DNA of 64,000 nt from Octopus vulgaris. Taxonomy: Eukaryota. The stretch lies in contig OX597834.1 of NCBI GenBank assembly GCA_951406725.2, positions 28,954,001 through 29,018,000 of the forward strand, read 5' to 3'. The position numbers and the translations under genes are program-made. The notes beneath the pieces were generated by a model. The model was not told the origin of the DNA and made no database searches. It saw nothing but the letters and a program-made list of their open reading frames with translations. Of the stretch, positions 52,055-64,000 are shown one piece after another (position 1 is the first letter of the stretch; each line of letters opens with the position of its first letter).

Positions 52055-52800
52055 AATGGGTTAAGAATCTGCCCTTTTCTCGTGGATACATTGAATCGTT
52101 TCCCTTCCAGACAACACAACGCAATAATATGGGTTGTTTTTCCTTTTTCCAATCGATGTCAATATGAATCAGATAACATCGTTTCGAGATGTTTCCGTCG
52201 TGATGCCTACATTCCCACACTTTTCTCCAATTCTGGAGAATTGGGGATGAATAAAACGAGGGTGGCACACACTTGATTAGAGAGGAAAAGTTTGTCAGTT
52301 GAAGGAGTGATGTACGCAAATTGACGGGTCGTGCACTTCGCAGATGATGGACTCAGTCCCAGATATGCGTGTAGGGTCAGGGCACCGATTAAATCTATGG
52401 AGCACTGATTATATCTTGAGCGGAACTCATTCTTTATGTTGACCCCTTTACGTTCACGCTGGTCTAGGCCCTGTTTCGCTAGGAGATTTTTCCCAGAGAG
52501 GTACGACTGGCATCCAGTGTCTGCCATAGCGTTGTAACGGATAGCTTGGGTCGGTCGTGAGAGGGAAGTGGCGAAACCCGATGCCTGCATCGGCATGAAT
52601 GAAGGCAGTGACGAAGGGATGGGTGTTAGAAGAGCATTTTATCCAGGAATTGCAGGGTTCATTATATTCATGGTGGTCAAGAATTATTGGTTGGGTAGAG
52701 GATTCGTTAGGGACGTCGACCAGAAGCCATAGGCTGTTGAATATTGCAGATGTGCGGCCTTCTGTGTCCTGTGGTTAACAGTAGAAATACGTTGCCTTCC
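52055..52800 (-). mobile_element. Gypsy-type LTR retrotransposon remnant (aspartic protease region)
   Basis: ORF 52207-52596 contains AMADTGCQSYLSG (retropepsin D-T-G motif) and TRQFAYI..DKLFLS. No LTRs or RT seen. Confidence 0.65.
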
Positions 52801-53083
52801 TTGGTTACATTTCTCCCATTTTAGTAGGGAATGGAGCCCTGATTCGATATTTATTACCAAGGGACGTGAAATGTAACAAAACGTCTACTACTTCACGAAA
52901 GGAACAAAACTTGATATGATGTATAAATATATATATATTTGTGTGTACGCGTGTTTAAATAAATATATGAGTTGGCAGAATTGTTGGAACGCCTGGCAAA
53001 AAATTCTTAGCACTACTTTGTCAAAGTGTATGTACCAAGTTCAAATTCTGCCTGGGTCGATTTTATACCTTTGTACCATCAAT

Positions 53084-53126
<43 letters not shown>

Positions 53127-54449
53127 AGCGTGAATTTACAATTTTTCACGCTAACTACTGATAATTTCTTATAAAGATTTTATCCTCAATTCTAAATATA
53201 TATATATATATATATACACACACACTATACATCAGGTATAGTCTGCAAGAGAGACGACTGAGCTGGTATGATCATGTGATGCATGTAGATAAGGACAGCT
53301 GTCTGAAGAAGTGCTGATCTCTAACAGTTGAGAGAAGCTGTGGAAGAAGTAGACTTAAGAAGGCATTGGACAAGGTGGTAAAGCATGATCTTTGACTGTT
53401 GAAACTCACGGAGGCAATGACTAATGACCGACACCTTTGGTGACATGTCATGCTTGAGAAGACAATCGGAGACCCCCTTCGGTCACGACACAGACCATGG
53501 GATTGCACCTAGAAAGTTACCCTCCTAGACACAAGTCCGGGCGAGGTTGTTTATGGAAGACCAGCAGTCGCCCATGCATACCAGCGTCCCCTCTCCACGT
53601 CACCGATGTTATCCAAGGGAAAGGCAAAGGTCGATACAGCTTGGCACCAGTGACGTCGCAACTCATTTCTACAGCTGAGTGAACTGGAGCAACGTGAAAT
53701 AAAGTGCCTTGCTCAAGAACACAACACGCAGTCCGGTCTGGGATTCGAGCTCACAACCTCACGATCGTAAGCTCGACGCTCTAACCACTGAGCCATGCGC
53801 CTTCACTGAGAAAACAATATATTGTAATTAATTTCTCATCAATTAATGTATATCTTGGCTGTTGTTCAATGATGTAACCAAACACTTGACTGTAAAATAT
53901 GCATGTAAAAACGTATTTTTTACTTTCAGGAAGACTTCTACATTTTTGCATTTTGTTTACAGCATTTTTGAATTAGATTGTCATTGGTTTCATCAAGAAC
54001 TGGTTCATTCATTTGTTACGATGCTGAATATTTCAAGCTCTTATCTACATGTTATGTATTGAATTCAAAGTAGTGGTACCACCTTTTATCTTTCAATCAA
54101 ATGATATGGTTTCAATTTGAATTGTTTCTCATATTTTCATTTCAAACTGAAATCTGTTTTCCATTTCAAATCTTTTCCATTTGTTGAGTTACACGTGATT
54201 CCATGTATAAACTCTGTTAAGAAACACATAGCCTCCAGAAAAACAAGAAGACCAAAGTTAAAAATGCCTTCAATCTGAGACCTCTTGGATCAAGATTAAG
54301 CTTGGTTGTATGCTCAACAACCATGTGGTCTAGAGTTCAGTCTAACTGTGTGGTACCATTGAAAAGTGCCATCTACCTCGAGTTGATTAAAGTCTTCTGA
54401 GTGAGTTTCATTTTCAGAAGGTCAAAATAGTTCGCCACATGTGTATGTT

Positions 54450-54748
54450 TGTTCCTTCTCGAGCCATGCCTGGCTCATAAGGGCCGGTTTCCCGGTTTGC
54501 TTGGTGTATAGGTTTCCCACCTGGACGGGACACCGGTCCGTCACAGGTGAGCTGCAAGATGCAGAAGGAAAGAGTGAGAGAAAGTTGTGGTGAAAGAGTC
54601 AGCAGAAGTTTGCCATTACCTTCTGCCGGAGCCGCGTGGAGCTTAGGTGTTTTCGCTCATAAACACACACGTCGTCCGGTCTGAGATTCGAACCCGCGAT
54701 CCCTCGACCGCGAGTCCGCTGCTCTAATCACTAGGCCGTGTGCCTCCA
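54450..54748 (-). mobile_element. tRNA-derived SINE, family D, full length
   Basis: Minus-strand head GGAGGCACACGGCCTAGTGATTAGAGCAGCGGACTCGCGGTCGAGGGATCGCGGGTTCGAATCTC. Confidence 0.85.
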
Positions 54749-55251
54749 CACACATGTGTATGTGTGTGTGAGAGAGGGGAGAGAAAGAGAGAGAGAGAGA
54801 GAGAGAGGGAGAGTGTGTGTGTGTGTTTGCCTTATGTTTATCCCACACTACCGATTGGAAACCCGGTGTTGGTTTGTTTACATCCATTTAACTTTGCCGT
54901 TTGGCAAAAAGACCTATAGAAAAAGTACCAAAATTAGAAAAAAATAAAAATAAAAAATAAGATCAATTTTTCGACTAAAATCCCTCAAAGTGGTGCCCCA
55001 GCATGGTTGCTGTCCAATACCTAAAACAAATAAAAGACGGAAGATAAAAGAATATAAAAACAAGTAAGCTTGAGGGTTACAGAACATTTATTTGATATTT
55101 TTGCTATGTTTTTCATTTTCTTTACATCCGAATACATATATACATGTGTGTGTGTGTGTATGTGTATATATGTGTGTGTGTGTGTGTGTGTTTCATACCA
55201 TCTCAACCGGCAACAAGTAACGCAATACTCTACGGCTACATTCACTTCACT

Positions 55252-55487
55252 TCATCCAACAACGACAATGGTAGCGAATAAAGACACAATAAGAAGCTGT
55301 AGGACAGAAAACGATGACTGTACAAACTGCTGCCCGCTGATATTACAGCCATCTTCATGACAGCAACTGGTGCAAATCCATTTGTTTTGGTTTTTATCAC
55401 AGGGAATGTCCTTATTCTCCTGTTTTTGGATGTGACAAGAAGCATTCACAGAACATGTTTTTATGATGGACAGCTTCTCACTGACGT
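55252..55487 (-). CDS. Last coding exon of Ly6/uPAR (three-finger, LYPD1-like) GPI-anchored protein
   Basis: Acceptor tttttttttgcag|AC (phase 1). Encodes VSEKLSIIKTCSVNASCHIQKQENKDIPCDKNQNKWICTSCCHEDGCNISGQQFVQSSFSVLQLLIVSLFATIVVVG*, with the CCxxDxCN LU signature and a hydrophobic GPI-signal-like tail. Confidence 0.92.
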
Positions 55488-55684
55488 CTGCAAAAAAAAA
55501 TAAATAAAAAAAAAAGAGTAAAAAGACAAAGAAAAAAAAAGTACAAGAAAAATTTAATACAGATACAACATCAACTTTTCAAGACCCTTGGGCTCCAGTG
55601 ACTTTCCGGATGACTTATTTCTACAAACTACGGGTGATCGCCTTGACCACCATGCTCCAAGCAAAACAAATACTAAATTTATAC

Positions 55685-56085
55685 AGGCAGGAGTGGCTGT
55701 GTGGTAAGTAGCTTGCTAACCAACCACATGGCTCCAGGTTCAGTCCCACTGCGTGGCATCTTGGGCAAGTGTCTTCTGCTATAGCCCCGGGCCGACCAAT
55801 GCCTTGTGAGTGGATTTGGTAGACGTAAACTGAAAGAAGCCTGTCGTATATATGTATATATATATATATGTTAATGTGTGTGTTTGTGTGTCTGTGTTTG
55901 TCCCCCTAGCATTGCTTGACAACCGATGCTGGTGTGTTCACGTCCCCGTCACTTAGCGGTTCGGCAAAAAGAGACTGATAGAATAAGTACTAGGCTTACA
56001 AAGAATAAGTCCCGGGGTCGATTTGCTCGACTAAAGGTGGTACTCCAGCATGGCCGCAGTCAAATGACTGAAACAAGTAAAAAGA
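55685..56085 (+). mobile_element. SINE family A, intronic
   Basis: Match to the family A consensus. Confidence 0.9.
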
Positions 56086-56929
56086 AAAAGAAAAGAAAGG
56101 CATGGCTGTGTGGTAAAGAGTTTACTTCCCAACCATAGGGTTTCAGGTTCAGTTACATTGCATGGCATGGCAGCTTGGACACTACTTCTACTTAAGCCCT
56201 CTGTCGACCAAAGACAGTAAATTTGGTAAGAGGAAACCGAAAGAAGCCCATTGTATATGTGAGTAAGAGAGAGAAAGTATGAGTCTTTGTCTGACCCCCC
56301 CACCCTACTGCTTGACAACCAACGTTTTGTTTACGTCCTCATAACTTTGTGATTTGGCAAAAAAGACATGTATAAGGTAAGAAACAGTATTTGGAAGCTT
56401 GTCATGTAATAAACTAGATGAAAACTGTACAGAAGCTTATGAAATACTCCTGACTTTTTCGCTGGCACAAGCAATTCAAGGACAGTAGAAAGGAAGTGAG
56501 AGATGATGAGAGGTGTGGGAGGGAGAAGGATGCCAGAACATCTGACTGGTTGAGAAAATTAGTAATGCTATGATGGACTGTGAAGTCTGGCATAGCATAG
56601 CAAATTCCATTGTCTCGACCACGGTCGAACAATGATGATGATGATACCTTGAAGACCAGTATATACATTTCAGCCCCACAGAGAGCAGCAGTGGAATCAT
56701 TTTCAGAATTCATGAATGAATTTTTCCTGTTTCAACTTGTGCTTATGCCGACGAGATTCAACAAAACACATTGGACTTAATGTTTAGTAACCACATCCTT
56801 TCTGACCACGATACGATCATCTGTAGTTTAGCCATAGATCAATTTCTGATTTAGTGATGTAATACCACTTTACCATCTGCAGTATGACGACTAAAAGTAC
56901 ATAATTATAAGCACTTATACATACTATAC

Positions 56930-57415
56930 GGACTGGTTGAGAAAATTAGCAGTTATCTGGATGAAGACTATCGTGTGTCTATATAGACAATAAGCATACA
57001 GTTTGGAGTTTCTGTGATGTAAAATAATTCATAAAGATCTGTATGCACAAAATTTATGCAAAGTTTGTCCCTAGGGTGTTCATTGATGAGGATCCTAGTA
57101 ACCAACAACTTGATGGAGAGGTGAGCCAAACTGTCCGTCATCCTCCTAGTAGTTCAGATTCTCCTCTGTGTGAATTTTGGCTGTTTTCTAAGCTGAAGGA
57201 GAACCTCAAGGACAGGAGAGGAAGGGGGCTATAACAAGAGTTCTGGACACTGTCACTTTGGAAGACTTCTATGGGGCCTCGAGGAAGTGGTTGGAGTGAG
57301 TGCTACAAGTGCATCGACAGCTGATTTTACGTTAAAGGAGATTAGAGTTTTATACTTCTTGAAATTTATAAATGTCTCTCCTGAAAAGTCTGAAAACTTC
57401 AGAAATACAACTTGT
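56930..57415 (+). mobile_element. Mariner transposase remnant
   Basis: MHKIYAKFVPRV (WVPR-like) and HPPSSSDSPLCEFWLFSKLKENLK (HPPYSPDLAPxDFxLF-like). Confidence 0.75.
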
Positions 57416-57590
57416 ACAAAAAATTCACGTCTTATACATTGGTAAATATGATAATTTTAAAAAATAAAATATAAATAAAATTAAAATAAGAAAAAAAAAT
57501 AAAATTAAAAAAAATTTTTTTTTAATAAAACAGTACCCCAAAACAGATAAGAAGTAATTGCCATCAGTTCTGATGGGACATGGGACGTAC

Positions 57591-57719
57591 CTGAATAAGC
57601 TACGATGGTTTGGCATGTGTCCAACGCTGGTCCACATTCGTGCAGGTTTAAATCGCTCATGCAAAAGTTGTTAGTCAACTCATTGTCACATTCGTAGCAT
57701 TTTAGGCTGGAAATACAAT
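57591..57719 (-). CDS. Internal exon of Ly6/uPAR (LYPD1-like) gene
   Basis: gtttctttattgttccag|AT...TCAG|gtacgt, phase 1/1, 129 nt. Encodes CISSLKCYECDNELTNNFCMSDLNLHECGPALDTCQTIVAYS (LxCYxC LU start) and joins 55487 in frame (G+AC = Asp). Confidence 0.92.
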
Positions 57720-57879
57720 CTGGAACAATAAAGAAACAAAATTAATGATTTAGCAATAATTGAATTCCACTGGCCACTCCAAGTGCCACTACTGTGTTTC
57801 AAAGAATGCCTCGTATTTATTAAGTCTTTCATTAAACAGTGTCAATCTGATAATGTTCTAATAATGGATGGCTTACATC

Positions 57880-58290
57880 TTCCCTGTATTGACTGGTAAC
57901 TACACCTTGAAGACCGGTATATTCCAACAGCACTGACCAAATGATGTTGGCATCAACTCCAAAATTGGTCCTCATGCTATCCGTCCTCTACAAAAGTCCT
58001 GTTAGTGTTACATCACATCACCAAGACAGAACTATTTCACCTCAACTGGCCCTATTCTCTTCGACAATATGCCAACACATGTAAGAGAAGAAAAATATCG
58101 CCTAGCATTCAAACAGTTTCTGGACAAATATCTCCATCAAATTCCAGATAAACCACTTACACTCTGCAAATAATTTCTATTTACTTGAATGGGCTCTAGT
58201 ACCCAAAGAATGACTAAAAATATCATTAAATGTCTTTCCTTAGAGGTTCTATTAAGTTAGACATGGCCTGGGCCAATTCTGGCTGAAACC
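57880..58290 (+). mobile_element. Decayed CR1/L2-like LINE 3' fragment
   Basis: Plus-strand frame reads TGPILFDNMPTHVRE..AFKQFLDKYLHQIPDKP. Confidence 0.6.
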
Positions 58291-58522
58291 AACCAACCAA
58301 CCAACCTACCTACATACATACATATATTTATATCTATGTGTGTGTGTGTTGAACTGTTGATCCCTACATATTTTCTAACTTAATTTTTCCCCTCTCTCAA
58401 TTCTTTGTCAAAGAGCATAGGTTCGAAACATCAAAGATGTTTTCATTCTTCCCAAACAACAAACTAATACATTTGCTTGTTGTTCCCTCACCTGTCTTCA
58501 TCTTTTGTTTTCTGTCTATATG

Positions 58523-58569
<47 letters not shown>

Positions 58570-58785
58570 TCATCATCATCATCATCATCATCATCGTTTA
58601 ACGTCTGTTTTCCATACTAGCATGGGTTGGATGGTTTGACTGGGGTCTGGGAAGCCAGGAGGCTACACCAGGTTCCAGTCTGATCTGGCAGTGTTTCAAC
58701 AGGTGGATGCCCTTCCAAATGCCACAAACATACAAAATATATAATTCTAAGAATATAATTATAAAATTATAATAAAGGTAACTAC

Positions 58786-58850
58786 CAAGTAATGCTACAT
58801 GCAAGAAGATGCCAAAAGGCTCTAAAACTACTTTATCACAGAGACACAGG
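58786..58850 (-). CDS. Candidate signal-peptide exon of the Ly6/uPAR gene (LCLCDKVVLEPFGIFLHVALL)
   Basis: Acceptor cattcctctgctttcag|C and donor CTTG|gtagtt (phase 1, joins AT at 57719 to give Asp). The hydrophobic stretch precedes CISS-LKC, a plausible cleavage site. It has no ATG, so a further upstream exon is needed; the donor is weak. Confidence 0.5.
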
Positions 58851-58931
58851 CTGAAAGCAGAGGAATGAGCAAAAGAGATTTTTTGAAAAAGTTTAGCCAT
58901 AGATCAATTTCTGATTTAGTGATGTAATACC

Positions 58932-59171
58932 TATTTCTTTACTACCCACAAGGGGCTAAGCACAGAGAGGACAAACAAGGACAGACAAACGGATTAAGTC
59001 GGTTATATCGACCCCAGTGCGTAACTGGTACATATATAATCGACCCCGAAAGGATGAAAGGCAAAGTCGACCTCGGCGGAATTTGAACTCAGAATGTAGC
59101 GGCAGACGAAATACTGCTAAGCATTTTGTCCAGCTTGCTAATGATTCTGCCAGCTCGCCGCCTTCATCATC
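58932..59171 (-). mobile_element. SINE family B with 16-bp target-site duplication
   Basis: TTAGTGATGTAATACC at 58916-58931 and 59172-59187. Confidence 0.9.
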
Positions 59172-59429
59172 TTAGTGATGTAATACCACTTTACCATCTG
59201 CAGTATGATGACTAAAAGTACATAATTATAAGCACTTATACATACCATATGAGCACAACATATCCACAGTGCATATACAAGTTTATAATCTAGCTACTTG
59301 ATTAAATCCTATATATATTATTTTATCTTTGATTACAATTGATAAATATGAATTTACTTAAGCCAAATTTATTCAATATGAATAATTTTGGTTAATCATA
59401 CCTGGCTGAGATGAACGAACTAGATTTTT

Positions 59430-59830
59430 AACTTGAATATAAGAACTGCCTGCCATTGCATTTTACCAAAGGTTCCATCCATTCTATCTAAATTCAGGAC
59501 CAGGTACTGCAAAAGTCCAGGGTTCAAAGGCCCACAGCTCTTCAATGCCTTGCCACAAAAATTTTAAAATCTGCATAAGGTGGAAGTAGATGTCTTCAAA
59601 AAGGAACTAGACAACCTCCTCTTTGCAATATCGGATGAACCAACAGTCCGACATGAAGTGCAGATGTGGGCAGCGGGACCAAACTCCCTTATGCACCAAA
59701 TGGGCCAACAGCTGGAACAAAGGCATATACAGGAGTGGTGATGTGAAACACCCTGGACTGAAGAAATCAGAAAGAACACGGTGGTTGCTCTCGCATGATC
59801 GCAGCCACATAGCTGAAATGAACAAAAGAG
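59430..59830 (+). mobile_element. Decayed CR1/L2-like LINE 3' fragment
   Basis: KGPQLFNALPQ..NLHKVEVDVFKKELDNLLFAISDEP. Confidence 0.65.
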
Positions 59831-59833
59831 TCA

Positions 59834-59871
<38 letters not shown>

Positions 59872-59873
<2 letters not shown>

Positions 59874-60266
59874 TCTTTTACTTGTTTCAGTCATTTGACT
59901 GCGGCCATGCTGGAGCACTGCCTTTGGTCGAGCAAATCGACCTCGGGACTTATTCTTTGTAAGCCCAGTACTTATTCTATCGGTCTCTTTTACCGAACCG
60001 CTAAGTGACAGGGGACGTAAACACACCAGCATCGGTTGTCAAGCAATGCTAGGGGGACAAACACAGACACACAACCATACACACAAATACATATATATAT
60101 ATACATATATACGACAGGCTTCTTTCAGTTTCCGTCTACCAAATCCACTCACAAGGCATTGGTCGGCCCGGGGCTATAGCAGAAGACACTTGCCCAAGAT
60201 GCCACGCAGTGGGACTGAACCCGGAATCATGTGGTTGGTAAACAAGCTACTTACCACACAGCCACT
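59872..60266 (-). mobile_element. SINE family A, full length
   Basis: Match to the family A consensus. Confidence 0.9.
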
Positions 60267-61004
60267 TTTGTACTTATCAAAGGTAGTAGATGAGATTGAC
60301 AGGTAGTGGGGAAGTGGGTAATGGGAATGAAGCCAGTGGTGCTTGGGGATGGGGAGGGCTGATCGGGTTTTTGCTGCTTGCCGATATGTTGGATTAAGAG
60401 TTAATCTCTTGAAAGTATTTACAAAAACACATTCCTTTGTTTTAATCCCTACTGATCATTTCATAGTTAATCTTGTCCAAGTGCTAATCCTTTATCATTA
60501 ACTCAAGAACAGAATATGAATTGCTGACAAACTATTTGTCTATAGAGGAGGGTGCAGCAGAGACATTAAGCAACAGAAGCGGTAGTGGTGGTAGTGGTGG
60601 TGGTGGTGGCTGCGCTTGCAAAGGTTAGGAAAATCTTTTCCAATTCTCAATGAGGAAGTGCTCCATATATGGCATTAGGAAGGGCATCCAGGTGTAGAAA
60701 CTCTGCCAGATCAGATTGGAGTCTGGTGCAGCCATCTGGTTTGCCAGGCCTCTGTCAAATCGTCCAACCCATGCTAGCCTTGGCCGACCAATATCAATGG
60801 ATAGGGTAGACAAACACTGTAAGAAGTCAGTCATATAAATAACTGCATATATATATATATATATCATCATCATTATTGTTTAACATTCGCTTTCTATGCT
60901 AGCATGGGTTGGACGATTTGACTGAGGTCTGGCGAACCAGATGGCTGCACCAGACTCCAATCTGATCTGGCAGAGTTTCCACAGCTGGATGCCCTTCCTA
61001 ATGC

Positions 61005-61073
<69 letters not shown>

Positions 61074-61265
61074 TGCCGGTGGCATGTAAAAAGCACCCAC
61101 TACACTCTCAGAGTGGTTGGCGTAAGGAAGGGCATCCGGCTGTAGAAACACTGCCAGATCAGACTGAAGCCTGGTCCAGCCTCCTGGCTTCCCAGACCCT
61201 GGTTGAACTGTCCAACCCATGCTAGCATGGATAACAGACGTTAAACGATGATGATGATGATGTAT

Positions 61266-61305
<40 letters not shown>

Positions 61306-62195
61306 TCATCATCATCATCGTTTAACGTCCGTTTTCCACGCTAGCACAGGTTGGACTGTTAGACCGGTGTCTGGGAAGCCAGGGGCTCAGGCTCCAGTCT
61401 GATCTGGCAGAGTTTCTACAGCTGGATGCCCTTCCGAACGCCAACCACTAGTGTAGTGGGTGCTTTTACGTGCCACCTGCACAGGTGCCAGGGGTCCGGC
61501 ATCGGCCACGATCGGTTGGAGCTTTAACGTGCCACCGGCACGGAAGCCAGCCAAGGCGGCGCTGGCAACGGCCACGTTCGGATGATGCTTTTTATGTGTG
61601 TATGTATGAATATGTATGTATGGACGGATTGATGTTTGCGCTTGTCTTCACCATCATTGCTATACAACCGTTATTGGTTTATTTATGTCCCTGTAACATA
61701 CCGGTTCAGTAAAAAGAGACCAACAGAATAAGTACCAGATTTAAAAGCAATTACTGGGGTCGGTTTGTTGGACAAAATTTTTCAATGCAGTGGCCCGGCA
61801 TGGCTGCCGTCCAATGACTACAAATAATGCAGTGGCTCGGCATGGCTGCCGTCCAATGACTACAAATATCTCAATATAAAAGTAAACAGTAATATGTATA
61901 TGTGTGTGTGTGCGTATCTATACACATACATATATATAAGATATATAATATTGTGTATTATATATCTTTAAGTGTATATATATATATATATATATAGGAG
62001 ATGTACTTGCATAGCAAGTGACTTGATCTGAGATCGTGTGCAGGAACGAAAACAATTGCAGCGTGGAAGGTGTTTATAAGCCATTTAAGAAACACACAAA
62101 AACTGTTAGATTCACTTCAGCATTTAAATTTAATTTGTCAAAATATTTTCGTCGCTTCGAGGCCGCAACCTGTTCACTGTTGTTATATATATATA

Positions 62196-62657
62196 CTAGC
62201 AGTATTGCCCGGCGTTGCTCGGGTTTGTAAGGGAAATAACTATATAAGCATTTTTAGAGAGTTATAGCCAAAAAATAGCAAAAAAATGCATTAAAAATAG
62301 AAAAAAAATGATGGTAAATTTTTTTTAAAATCGTTGACTCATCGTAGACATTTTTAGAGAGTTACTTCCCTTATATAATAGCGAAAAAAATGCATTAAAA
62401 TGGAAAAAAATTATGGTAAATTATTTTTAAAATCGTAGACTCATCGTAGACGCGCACTAATACCCAAAAGGGCTCGATATGAATCACGACTATAAAATAC
62501 CCGCTTTTGGTTACACTGCAAAATGTGGGAGTAGTTAGGAATCTAAATCGAAGGGGACAGACACTCACACAACTACAGTTTTATATATGTGGGAGTAGTT
62601 AGGAATCTAAATCGAAGGGGACAGACACTCACACAACTACAGTTTTATATATATAGA
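62196..62657 (-). mobile_element. Non-autonomous Helitron (left arm of foldback) with a ~62-bp tandem duplication of its 5' end
   Basis: A|CTAGCAGTATTGCCCGGCGTTGCTCGGG is the reverse complement of the hairpin+CTAG end; the 5' end on the minus strand is TCTATATATATAAAACTGTAG. Confidence 0.8.
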
Positions 62658-62777
62658 TATCTATATATATAGATATCTATATATATAAATATCTATATAT
62701 ATAGATATCTATATATATAGATATCTATATATATAGATATCTATATATATAGATATCTATATATATATATATAGATA

Positions 62778-63287
62778 TCTATATATATAAAACTGTAGTT
62801 GTGTGAGTGTCTGTCCCCTTCGATTTAGATTCCTAACTACTCCCACATTTTGCGGTGCAGTTTAACCAAATTCGGGAATCTTATAGTCGTGATTCATATC
62901 GAGCCCGTCTGGCTATTAGCGCACGTCTACGATGAGTCTACGATTTTAAAAATAATTTAACATCATTTTTTATTCCATTTTAATGCATAATTTTTCGTGT
63001 GTCGATGGCGGCGGAGTTGGCGTCCATGGTCACACCTGCACCTGTTTGCTTCTCCCCCTTCCCTCCCTCGTGAAGCTGTGGGGAAGGGAGTTTAAGGAAA
63101 TCAACGTCGTAATGCGTTGTCAAGGAGACCAGCGTTCTTTTAGAACAACGACTTCATGGCTTGAAGACACCAAAACAGAAATGGCTAAGAAAGCCCGAAT
63201 TGGCATCTATAAGGGAAGTAACTCTCTAAAAATGCTTATATAGTTATTTCCCTTACAAACCCGAGCAACGCCGGGTGATACTGCTAG
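62778..63287 (+). mobile_element. Non-autonomous Helitron (right arm of foldback)
   Basis: A|TCTATATATATAAAACTGTAG...CCCGAGCAACGCCGGGTGATACTGCTAG|T. Confidence 0.8.
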
Positions 63288-63494
63288 TTATATTATATAA
63301 ATGTGTGTGTGTGCGTGTATTATATGTATGTTAGTGGGTGTATTATATTTCGTAAAATGTATATACCCATATACACGCTAGACACGCACTTGAGTGCGTG
63401 TGTACTTTCGGATCAATAAAATCATACTGGAGATTTGTATGCTGTCGTCTACACTAAGTCAGCATCAATAGTGTTCAAATGTAAACACGGGTAC

Positions 63495-63495
63495 G

Positions 63496-63530
<35 letters not shown>

Positions 63531-63703
63531 GGTGGTAGTAGTAGTGGTGGTAGTGGTAGTAGTAGTAGTGGTGGTGGTGGTGGTGGTAGTAGTAGTGGTG
63601 GTAGTGGTAGTAGTAGTGGTGGTAGTAGTATTAGTGGTAGTAGTAGTAGTAGTGGTGGTAGTAGTAGTGGTGGTAGTAGTAGTGGTAGTAGTAGTGGTAG
63701 GTG

Positions 63704-63735
<32 letters not shown>

Positions 63736-63850
63736 GGTAGTAGTAGTAGTGGTGGCGGTAGTAGTAGTGGTAGTAGTAGTAGTAGTAGTAGTAGAAGTAG
63801 TAGTAGTAGTAGTAGTAGTGGTAGTAGTAGTAGTGGTGGTAGTAGTAGTG

Positions 63851-63881
<31 letters not shown>

Positions 63882-63931
63882 CAGTAGTAGTAGCAGTAGT
63901 AGTAGTAGTAGCAGCAGCAGCAGCAGCAGTA
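63495..63931. repeat. Compound trinucleotide repeat (TAG/TGG/CAG)n
   Basis: Visible directly. Confidence 0.95.
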
Positions 63932-64000
63932 ATATATATGTACGTACGTATGTGTAAAAACTGTTTGCATATATGGTGTTGCGGCCCATGGGCCAAACAA

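Noticed and set aside
54670-54748. Possible tRNA gene
   Set aside because: The tRNA-like head continues directly into a repeated SINE body and lacks a proper acceptor stem and terminator.
63435-64000. Poly-Ser/Gly, poly-Leu and poly-Thr ORFs (also 42563-43123)
   Set aside because: Pure trinucleotide repeats with no splice or coding context.

Overview
AT-rich, microsatellite- and transposon-dense animal genomic DNA. The repeat families look like those of a coleoid cephalopod (Octopus); this is recognition, not a database result. Two spliced protein-coding genes, both on the minus strand, can be reconstructed from splice sites and intron phase. (1) A LITAF/CDIP1-like proline-rich PPxY protein: candidate exons 40872-40851, 11315-11059 and 1204-1148, continuing off the left edge. 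(2) A GPI-anchored Ly6/uPAR three-finger protein with 12-Cys LYPD1/Lynx2-like spacing: exons 58850-58786 (tentative), 57719-57591 and 55487-55252. The rest is mostly three tRNA-type SINE families, 5'-truncated RTE and CR1/L2 LINE pieces (including a near-intact 2-kb RTE reverse transcriptase), non-autonomous Helitrons, MITEs, mariner and Gypsy remnants, Penelope-type short elements with minimal hammerhead-ribozyme-like motifs, a 5S rRNA-like copy and many tandem repeats. The most unusual structures are a head-to-head Helitron foldback, a tail-to-tail RTE hairpin, several near-perfect inverted repeats and a 149-bp higher-order satellite. Most ORFs in the supplied track are repeat artefacts. Repeat boundaries were read by eye and are approximate (about 10-20 bp).
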